Source: an uncultured Anaerolineales bacterium
GTDB lineage: Bacteria; Chloroflexota; Anaerolineae; Anaerolineales; UBA11858
Direction of reading: 5' to 3'
Length of the DNA: 64,000 nucleotides
Assembly: GCA_964344175.1 (NCBI GenBank)
Contig: CAYFMI010000004.1
Location: forward strand, 5,805 to 69,804
Part shown: piece by piece, positions 57,963 to 64,000 of the stretch
Layout of the letters: every line of letters starts with the position of its first letter
Numbering within the stretch: position 1 is the stretch's first letter
The notes under the pieces: generated by a model
The model's database searches: none
Seen by the model: only the letters and a program-made list of their open reading frames with translations
What the model was told of the DNA's origin: nothing
Program-made: the position numbers and the translations under genes

Positions 57963-60143
57963 TTACTGATACGGATCGCCATCGCCATTGGTGTCACGTG
58001 TCGGCAGGGGGAAATCGCCAGTCGCGAAGTACGCTTGAGTTTCTCCACCTCGAATATACCAGTAGCCATTCGAAGGTCTTACCACTGCCAGGTCTGTTGT
58101 GCCATCGCCATTGTAGTCTCCCGGCACAGGAATGTCATCGGCTTCACCCCACCAGGTTGTGCCGCCTCCCCTCACGTACCAGTAGCCATTCCAGGGACGC
58201 CAGATCGCCAAGTCGCAGGTACCATCTCCATTGTAGTCTCCCGGCACAGGAACATCTTGCGAGCCTCCCCACCAAACTGCAGCGGTGCCTCTCACATACC
58301 AGAACCCATTCGAAGGCCGGTAAACGGCGATGTCGGTTGTGCCGTCCCCATCATAGTCACACGGCACAGGAATATCGCCAGCCTGGAAGTAGTTGTAGGC
58401 CCCCTGGTCTTTGATATACCAGAATCCATTCGATGGTCTTACTACCGCCACATCTGTTGTCCCGTCTCCATCGTAGTCGCCCGGTACTGGAATATCGCCA
58501 TCGATCCCCCACCAGGTTGTGGCACCGCCCCGGATATACCAGTAGCCGTTGGATGGCCGGAAGACAGCCTTGTCCGTGGTGCCGTCCCCATCATAATCTC
58601 CTGAGACCGGTATATCATCAACCTGTCCCCACCATTCTGTCGTCTGTCCGTGCACGTACCAATAGCCATTCGTCGGACGATACACTCCCACATCCGTTGT
58701 CCCATCTCCATCGAAGTCGGCGGCGGGGGGAACTGTGCCACCGGTAGTTGTCCCCGTCCCCTGGATGGCGAAGTCGTAGGGATCCTCGTCGGCATCATCG
58801 TTGGCAATGCTGACTGTGGCCGTACGCAGGCCTTCGGCGCCGGGATTGAACTGCACCGTGAAGGTGGTCGTCCCACTGGCGGCCACCGGCGAAGTGGGGT
58901 CTGCCGTGATGGTGAAGTCGGCGGCGTGCGTGCCTGTTACCTCAACCAGGGGCGTGCCGCTCAAGGTCAGCGCGCCGCCGCCGGTGTTCTCGATAGTGAA
59001 GGTGCGCGAGACGGTGCCCGTATCCACATCGGCATCACCGAAGTCGGTGTCGTCAGCAACATCGGGCGTGGTGTCGCCATCAACAATGGAAACGCCGTTG
59101 CCCTGCACGTCCATCTCGGCGGCGCAGTTCTTGCCGCCGTCGGTGATTGTCCATGTGTAGGTAGTGGTCAGGGTGTTGCGCCCTGTTTCACCGGCACAGT
59201 AGGTGCTGTTACCGCCGTGGAGGGTGACGCTGCTGTTCACAGCCTGCGCCGCCCAGCCATTGAGCAGGGCATCGTAATTGGCGGTGGAGAGGGTTGCACC
59301 CTGGAACATTTGGGTTGCATTGGTCAGTGCAGTCACGTCCCAACTACCAAGGTCCTGATCGAAGGCAGTAGCCCCATAGAACATCCGATACATATTTGTA
59401 AGGCTGGATGTGTCCCACCCACTGAGATCCTGATTGAAGGCTTTAGCCCCATAGAACATATAGCGCATATCTGTAACGCTGGATGTGTCCCAGTTTCCAA
59501 TCGGTTGATTGAAGGCGAGGGCGCTGATGAACATGGAATCCATTGTAGTAACACTGACAGGATTCCACCCGCTGATATTGTTATTGAAGTTGTTGGTGTA
59601 ATGAAACATTTCCTTCATGTTTGTAACTTTAGAGACATCCCAGGTGCTGATATCGCCATTGAAGGCGGCAGCTTGCCTGAACATGGCGTTCATGTTCGTT
59701 ACATTGGAAGTGTCCCAGGTGCTAAGATCCTGGTTGAAATTTTGTGTGCCCCGGAAGGTGTGGTTCATTGCTGTAACATTGGAGACATCCCAACTGCCAA
59801 TGGGTTGGTTGAAAGCAAGCGCACCGGAGAACGTTTCCTGCAAACTGGCGAGGCCGGTTGTCGTCCAACTGCTGATGTCCTGATTGAAGGCATAGGCATT
59901 ATTGAACATCTGGTACATGGAGGTTACTTGAGAGACATCCCAACCAGAGATATCCTGATTGAAGGCTTCTGCGCCGCCAAAGAGACGCCCCATATTGGTC
60001 GCGCTGGAGGTGTCCCAACCGCTAATATCCTGATTGAAGACATCGGCGCCAACAAAAATGCCGAACATATTGATCACATTAGACATATCCCAACCGCCAA
60101 TATCCTGATTAAAGAGGATATTGTTGCGGAACATCTCCTGCAT
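57963..60143 (-). CDS. surface protein fragment 3: BspA/DUF285-type 25-aa repeats + choice-of-anchor-D-like domain + FG-GAP/VCBS-like repeats
   Basis: Eleven FNQDISxWDxSxVTxMxxMF repeats, then a domain ([16 protein letters not shown]...THAADFTI...[19 protein letters not shown]), then six 40-aa [22 protein letters not shown] repeats. No signal peptide. It continues the upstream ORF in frame across a TAG. Confidence 0.8.
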   Translation of the reverse strand: MQEMFRNNILFNQDIGGWDMSNVINMFGIFVGADVFNQDISGWDTSSATNMGRLFGGAEAFNQDISGWDVSQVTSMYQMFNNAYAFNQDISSWTTTGLASLQETFSGALAFNQPIGSWDVSNVTAMNHTFRGTQNFNQDLSTWDTSNVTNMNAMFRQAAAFNGDISTWDVSKVTNMKEMFHYTNNFNNNISGWNPVSVTTMDSMFISALAFNQPIGNWDTSSVTDMRYMFYGAKAFNQDLSGWDTSSLTNMYRMFYGATAFDQDLGSWDVTALTNATQMFQGATLSTANYDALLNGWAAQAVNSSVTLHGGNSTYCAGETGRNTLTTTYTWTITDGGKNCAAEMDVQGNGVSIVDGDTTPDVADDTDFGDADVDTGTVSRTFTIENTGGGALTLSGTPLVEVTGTHAADFTITADPTSPVAASGTTTFTVQFNPGAEGLRTATVSIANDDADEDPYDFAIQGTGTTTGGTVPPAADFDGDGTTDVGVYRPTNGYWYVHGQTTEWWGQVDDIPVSGDYDGDGTTDKAVFRPSNGYWYIRGGATTWWGIDGDIPVPGDYDGDGTTDVAVVRPSNGFWYIKDQGAYNYFQAGDIPVPCDYDGDGTTDIAVYRPSNGFWYVRGTAAVWWGGSQDVPVPGDYNGDGTCDLAIWRPWNGYWYVRGGGTTWWGEADDIPVPGDYNGDGTTDLAVVRPSNGYWYIRGGETQAYFATGDFPLPTRDTNGDGDPYQ
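57966..58730 (-). repeat. intragenic tandem array, 120-bp (40-aa) period, about 6 copies (FG-GAP/VCBS-like)
   Basis: DxDGDG motifs recur every 40 residues (tail positions 7, 47, 87, 127, 167, 207 of the last 257 aa). Confidence 0.85.
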
Positions 60144-60338
60144 TGAAGTGACATTGCCGGTGTTCTAGGTAGTGATATTCCCATTGAAACTGGCTGCTTC
60201 GTTGAACATGCCAGCCATAGTGGTGACATTGGATGTATCCCAGTTGCTGAAGTCTTCTGTAGTGAGAGAAGTTGCTCCTCTAAACATCTGGATCATGTCT
60301 GTCACATTGGAAAGATCGGGCGCATCGGTTGCGGGGAT
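59289..60338 (-). repeat. intragenic tandem array, 75-bp (25-aa) period, about 14 copies (BspA/DUF285-type)
   Basis: The FNxDISxWDxSxVTxMxxMFxxAxx unit repeats head-to-tail across the TAG at 60165-60167. Confidence 0.85.
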
Positions 60339-62066
60339 AGTCAGGTTATTACAATAACCAAAGGCGTAGTACATCGAAGTCCATTTACCGGTGCCCCATT
60401 GCTCGATGGTGAGTAGTTTTTGCCTGTCGCCGCCTCCGGCAAAATAAATGCGCGGGAAACCGGTGCCATCGCCAACATTATCTTTGATGCGGATGGTGTA
60501 GGTTCCGGCGCCGCCGAGGGGGCTGTAATCACAGGTGTAGCTGCCGGTCTGCCCGGTGGCTTCATCCGTGCCGTCGTTGTTGCAATCTACGTTGTAGTTA
60601 TAGCCTGCTCCGGTGGTGGGGATGATGAAAAGGTTATCGGCAGAACCGGCGTTAGCGGTGTTGACGGTGATCACAAAGTCGTCGGTGCCTGCAGCGGCAG
60701 TGCCTGTTCCCTGGATGGCGAAGTCGTAGGGGTTCTCGTCGCTGTCATTGTTGCTGATGCTAACCGTGGCTGTGCGCAAGCCTTCGGCGCTGGGGTCGAA
60801 CTCGATGGTAAAGACGGTTGCCCCGCCGGATGCTGCCACAGGTGCAAGGGGCTGAAGCGTGACAGTAAAGTCAGCGGCGTGCGTTCCGCTGATGCTGACA
60901 GCGGGCGTCCCGTCGAGAGTCAGGTTTGCATCGCCGCTGTTGCTAATATAAAAGTCATGAGTGGCCGTACCTGTATTTACATTGGCATCTCCAAAGTCGG
61001 TGCCGTCCGCTGTAGACGGGGTGGTATCTCCATCAGGAATTTCGGGGTAAGGATCGTCGCCGTCAACTCTCATTTCGGGGGTTGGTGGTTGATATACCTC
61101 CACCGCCCCAATATCATTGTTTGCACCCTGAGGGCGTGTCTCACCGCGCTGGTCTACACTTACTGTAGTCCCACCCACATCTGTGCTGCTACCTGCATCA
61201 ATGACAGGACTGCCCGTATTTGGAAGATGGGTTTGAGTAGGGCCGCCATTATCAGCCAGCGCCCCCAGGTTAGGATCTGAGCCGGTGATATTGCCGGTGG
61301 TATCGTTATCCAAAGTACCGTCGGTGGTATCTTCTATCAAGTTATAGCCATAAGATTTAATATGGTGATAGATATCGGGGCCGGTGGGGGCAGTGTTATT
61401 GGCAATAATGGTGTTCTTGATGAAAACTCCCCAGCCTGCGTTCAAAGCGCCTTCGATGCCGCCTGCCCAGGTGCTGGCTGTATTCCCGACAATGGTAGAG
61501 AATGAGACGTTATCTGAATAGCGGAATTGAGCGCCGCCATTTGTGCCCCTGCCATTGTCGAACAACCCTGTGCCGCCCAGAGCGCTATTGCCGCTGATGG
61601 TTACATTGTTTATTTCAGCGCCATCGCCCGCTCCGCGGAAAATACCGCCGCCATCGCCGTCTCCGCCCATGTCGTTACCATCTCCGCCCTGGGCTGTGTT
61701 TCCACTGATGGTGCTGTTTAACAGCGTTAAGGTACTAAAGTCGTGCATGCCTCCACCTCGAGCCAACCCTCCTTCCATACAGTCTTCACCGGAGCAATCG
61801 CCGCCCAGAGCAGCGTTACCGCGAAGTGTGCTGCCACTTATGGTCAATGTGGCATTGCTCTCTCCGTAGATACCGCCGCCCATGGCTGTACCGCCGCTAT
61901 CACTGCCGCTGCCGCCCTGAGCAATATTGTTACTGATGGTGCTATCACTGATGCTTAATGTGCCGCCATTATCGAGATAGATACCGCCACCATAAGCGTC
62001 ACCGCCCATCATCGGTTCGTTCCCCTGTGCGATATTCTCGGTTACTGTTACTTGCTGGAGGGTCAA
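60165..62066 (-). CDS. surface protein fragment 2: right-handed beta-helix / choice-of-anchor-Q-like + choice-of-anchor-D-like + first BspA repeats
   Basis: GGGIY...LTIS.STISGN beta-helix repeats, DPNLGALADNGGPTQTH...DQRGETRP motif, and a second THAADFTV...RTATVSISNNDSDENPYDF domain. Ends with TAG in the middle of a BspA repeat. The frame stays open upstream to 62162. Confidence 0.8.
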   Translation of the reverse strand: MTLQQVTVTENIAQGNEPMMGGDAYGGGIYLDNGGTLSISDSTISNNIAQGGSGSDSGGTAMGGGIYGESNATLTISGSTLRGNAALGGDCSGEDCMEGGLARGGGMHDFSTLTLLNSTISGNTAQGGDGNDMGGDGDGGGIFRGAGDGAEINNVTISGNSALGGTGLFDNGRGTNGGAQFRYSDNVSFSTIVGNTASTWAGGIEGALNAGWGVFIKNTIIANNTAPTGPDIYHHIKSYGYNLIEDTTDGTLDNDTTGNITGSDPNLGALADNGGPTQTHLPNTGSPVIDAGSSTDVGGTTVSVDQRGETRPQGANNDIGAVEVYQPPTPEMRVDGDDPYPEIPDGDTTPSTADGTDFGDANVNTGTATHDFYISNSGDANLTLDGTPAVSISGTHAADFTVTLQPLAPVAASGGATVFTIEFDPSAEGLRTATVSISNNDSDENPYDFAIQGTGTAAAGTDDFVITVNTANAGSADNLFIIPTTGAGYNYNVDCNNDGTDEATGQTGSYTCDYSPLGGAGTYTIRIKDNVGDGTGFPRIYFAGGGDRQKLLTIEQWGTGKWTSMYYAFGYCNNLTIPATDAPDLSNVTDMIQMFRGATSLTTEDFSNWDTSNVTTMAGMFNEAASFNGNITT

Positions 62067-63307
62067 TGAAGCGCCAGTATTAATATATACGCCGCCGCCT
62101 TCGCCTTGAGGGAGGCTACATAACCATCGCGGATGGTTATTCCGGAGATGGTGCTGGTCCCGCTATTCACATTGAAGACGCGGCTGGCATCGTTCCCGCT
62201 GATGGCTAGCTGGTCGGCGCCGGGGCCGGTGATGGTCATGTCTTTGGTAATTGCCAGTTCACCGCTGGTCAAGGTGATTGTGGCCGGGTAGCTAAGACTA
62301 AAAGTGATGGTTCCGCCGCTGCCCACATCGACGAGAGCCTGGCGCAGTGAGCCGGCACCGCTGTCGTTGGTATTGGTGACAACCTGGTCACCAGCAGCTG
62401 CCAGTTCTATATCCATATCCTGAACCTGCGTACCAACCTCGGCGGGGGGCGCGGTTGCCTCGCCGGGCGCGTCCGCGTCATCGTTGAGGATGGTTCCAAC
62501 ACCCTGGGCCTTGCCCAGTTCAGCGTCCACCGGGTTACTCAGCTCCACGTAGAAGGTTTCGTCTTCTTCAACTTCAGCATCGCCAAGTACTTCCACAGCT
62601 ATCGTCTGGCTACTCTCGCCATCGGCAAACACCAATGTGCCGCTCCCGGGGACGTAGTCACTTTCTGCCAAAGCGGCGTCGTCCGCTGTGGCCCAATCCA
62701 CGCGGCCCTCGCCGGTTGTTACACTGCGGCTAACGGCGAATTCAAAGACTGCCGTGCCATCTTCTCCTTCGGCTTGCGCAACATCGTCAATGCTGAATAG
62801 CGCGGTCGCTGCCTCAGGAGACGCGTCATCGTTGAGGATGGTTCCAACACCCTGGGCCTTGCCCAGTTCAGCGTCCACCGGGTTACTCAGCTCCACGTAG
62901 AAGGTTTCGTCTTCTTCAACTTCAGCATCGCCAAGTACTTCCACAGCTATCGTCTGGCTACTCTCGCCATCGGCAAACACCAATGTGCCGCTCCCGGGGA
63001 CGTAGTCACTTTCTGCCAAAGCGGCATCGGCCGCTGTGGCCCAATCCACGCGGCCCTCGCCTGTTGTTACACTGCGGCTAACGGTGAATTCAAAGACTAC
63101 CGTGCCATCTTCTCCTTCGGCTTGCGCAACATCGTCGATGCTGAATAGCGCCGTCTCCGGTGCGTCATCCTGGGCCAAAACGCTCGTAATGCTAGTTGCA
63201 TCGGTGCCCCCCCAGTAGGCCAAAGCCGGAGCTGCGGCACTAAAGACCTGCGCCATAACCAGCACCAAAGCCATACTCAGACTTAGTAACCTATTTTTCT
63301 TCATCAT
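62063..63307 (-). CDS. surface protein fragment 1: signal peptide + two Calx-beta domains + start of beta-helix (CSLREA-type) domain
   Basis: AAGGAGG RBS. Signal peptide MMKKNRLLSLSMALVLVMAQVFSAAAPALA. Two near-identical Calx-beta units, then VTNTNDSGAGSLRQAL...ITGPGADQLAISG. The last ~20 codons (LKAKAAAYILILALH) look out of frame. Confidence 0.8.
   Translation of the reverse strand: MMKKNRLLSLSMALVLVMAQVFSAAAPALAYWGGTDATSITSVLAQDDAPETALFSIDDVAQAEGEDGTVVFEFTVSRSVTTGEGRVDWATAADAALAESDYVPGSGTLVFADGESSQTIAVEVLGDAEVEEDETFYVELSNPVDAELGKAQGVGTILNDDASPEAATALFSIDDVAQAEGEDGTAVFEFAVSRSVTTGEGRVDWATADDAALAESDYVPGSGTLVFADGESSQTIAVEVLGDAEVEEDETFYVELSNPVDAELGKAQGVGTILNDDADAPGEATAPPAEVGTQVQDMDIELAAAGDQVVTNTNDSGAGSLRQALVDVGSGGTITFSLSYPATITLTSGELAITKDMTITGPGADQLAISGNDASRVFNVNSGTSTISGITIRDGYVASLKAKAAAYILILALH
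62475..63152 (-). repeat. 348-bp tandem duplication (two Calx-beta units)
   Basis: The copy starting at 62475 and the copy starting at 62823 are identical by eye for roughly the first 200 nt. They differ at about six positions afterwards. The + strand shadow ORFs 62688.. and 63036.. are 348 nt apart. Confidence 0.9.
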
Positions 63308-63332
63308 AGCCTCCTTGCTTTCATTAACAGGG

Positions 63333-63650
63333 TTATTCTAAAATTTCGCGAACAATTTTTATAATCGTGTCCAAGTCAGGGCTGTACTTCTTTCCATTGC
63401 GAAGCATCCAGCGATCATCCGCTTCGGTCAGTCCGACAAATTTCCATCCCGGGTAGTTCTGGGATAACCGATTAACTTCGACAGGGTCAACCTGTTGAGG
63501 GTCGTAAATAATCATCCCCGGCGACAAGCCGTTGAGCCTTTCTGGAATGTGCGTCCTGCTCAAGCGTAAAACTGCGTAACCGCCCTCCTTTCGCAGGGCG
63601 GTTTCTATTTTGTCCAAATAGGGAGAAGTACCATACAAAATGATCGTCAT
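63333..63650 (-). CDS. hypothetical 105-aa protein (possibly receiver-like alpha/beta fold)
   Basis: ORF with GAGGTG upstream, 25 nt ahead of the adhesin ATG on the same strand. The beta-alpha-beta pattern (MTIILYG...GYAVLRL...PGMIIYD) loosely recalls a pseudo-receiver. No family recognised. Confidence 0.5.
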   Translation of the reverse strand: MTIILYGTSPYLDKIETALRKEGGYAVLRLSRTHIPERLNGLSPGMIIYDPQQVDPVEVNRLSQNYPGWKFVGLTEADDRWMLRNGKKYSPDLDTIIKIVREILE

Positions 63651-63729
63651 GGGATGGAGTCACCTCGCTTCCTGGAAGCCCATCCTTGTTATTGAAGTTG
63701 AAGATCGCCCTACTGTACAGTGACAGGAG

Positions 63730-63745
63730 TGCCAAATAAGTGCCA
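63730..63745 (-). promoter_or_regulatory. sigma-54-like (-24/-12) promoter candidate upstream of the 105-aa ORF and adhesin locus
   Basis: The minus strand reads TGGCAC-TTATT-TGGCA, with GG and GC at consensus spacing and one mismatch to TTGCA. It lies about 80 nt upstream of the ATG at 63650. TTGGCAC occurs twice in tandem. Confidence 0.45.
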
Positions 63746-63786
63746 ACATGTTTTTGTATCGTTTCCTAAATAGGGAAATTTGGCTT

Positions 63787-63795
63787 TGGTATAAT
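63787..63795 (+). promoter_or_regulatory. extended -10 promoter candidate (TGGTATAAT)
   Basis: Perfect TGnTATAAT about 36 nt upstream of the ATG at 63831, divergent from the sigma-54-like site. Confidence 0.35.
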
Positions 63796-63830
63796 TCCAC
63801 AATGCTGCCCCTATCAACAAAACCTTTCCC

Positions 63831-64000
63831 ATGCCCCCCATCTACCTGACCCCCAACACCTTCAGTGGACTGACCTTGTTCATCTTTGCCGGGTCCATCG
63901 CCGGGTATCTGGGCGCGCTGGCCTGGAAAACGAAGCAGCAACGGCGGCAGATCATTTACCTGGCCCTGGCTTTGGCAGCGGTCAGCGGCTTTTCGCTGAC
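63831..64000 (+). CDS. membrane protein, N-terminal fragment (continues beyond the window)
   Basis: Open frame from ATG 63831 to the window end: MPPIYLTPNTFSGLTLFIFAGSIAGYLGALAWKTKQQRRQIIYLALALAAVSGFSL, with two hydrophobic helices. No clear RBS. Confidence 0.35.
   Translation, partial: MPPIYLTPNTFSGLTLFIFAGSIAGYLGALAWKTKQQRRQIIYLALALAAVSGFSL

Larger units (their letters stand above)
57963..63307 (-). pseudogene. single ~1,780-codon mosaic adhesin gene disrupted by one frameshift and one nonsense codon (if the lesions are real)
   Basis: The three ORFs are collinear parts of one domain series. The 60143 and 62066 ORFs share a frame and are separated only by TAG 60165-60167. The 63307 and 62066 ORFs differ by a -1 frame with overlapping open frames between 62063 and 62162. 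Confidence 0.55.

Noticed and set aside
60165-60167. TAG as a programmed recoding (pyrrolysine) site
   Set aside because: No pyl genes or other in-frame TAG genes are seen in the window. The codon replaces a conserved Trp by a single transition, which fits mutation or sequencing error far better.
57849-61280. Long plus-strand ORFs antisense to the adhesin (57849..58604, 58650..60146 at 498 aa, 60420..61280 at 286 aa)
   Set aside because: The minus strand carries recognisable repeat and domain families, a signal peptide, an RBS and a terminator. The antisense frames are low-complexity (G/R/V/I-rich) and stay open only because the repetitive, codon-biased sense sequence lacks reverse-complement stops.
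1-64000. Search for CRISPR arrays, tRNA/rRNA genes, transposases, integrases, prophage or toxin-antitoxin pairs
   Set aside because: No spacer-repeat periodicity, cloverleaf-like sequences, or recombinase/transposase motifs were seen. The only tandem repeats are intragenic (adhesin). By-eye scanning cannot exclude small ncRNAs.

Overview
The window is a gene-dense bacterial chromosomal segment, moderately GC-rich by eye. About 60 protein genes sit in tightly packed, often stop/start-overlapping operons. Gene content weakly suggests a Chloroflexota/Anaerolineae-like organism (inference only). I saw no rRNA, tRNA, CRISPR array, transposase, integrase or prophage genes.

The content is mostly housekeeping or accessory metabolism:
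- trmFO, tatA, modABC and moeA, relA/spoT, tex
- an hsp20-hsp20-cbpA heat-shock cluster
- gcvH-gcvPA-gcvPB behind a tandem glycine riboswitch
- malic enzyme, an FKBP isomerase, and several ABC systems

Most interesting signals:
1. A self-contained sigma-54 cassette (rpoN, PAS kinase, activator). Its activator lacks a DNA-binding domain. An exact TGGCAC-N5-TTGCA promoter precedes rpoN itself. A second near-consensus sigma-54 promoter sits in front of a small ORF plus a giant adhesin locus.
2. A roughly 1,780-aa mosaic surface protein (Calx-beta x2, beta-helix, choice-of-anchor-D x2, 25-aa BspA/DUF285-type repeats, FG-GAP-like repeats). It is split into three ORFs by one frameshift and by a TGG-to-TAG change at a conserved repeat tryptophan.
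3. An MrfA/YprA-type DEXH helicase (DUF1998) carrying an embedded HNH nuclease motif.
4. A double AP2-domain protein co-transcribed with a guanidino-group-modifying enzyme, next to an atypical MIO ammonia-lyase that has a structured leader.
5. A CarH/LitR-like B12 regulator, tandem REC-HD-GYP paralogs, and a small Cys-rich protein with an extreme acidic tail.

Several gene starts were moved relative to the ORF track. The track also uses GTG/TTG starts. One real gene (tatA, 59 aa) falls below the track's size cut-off.
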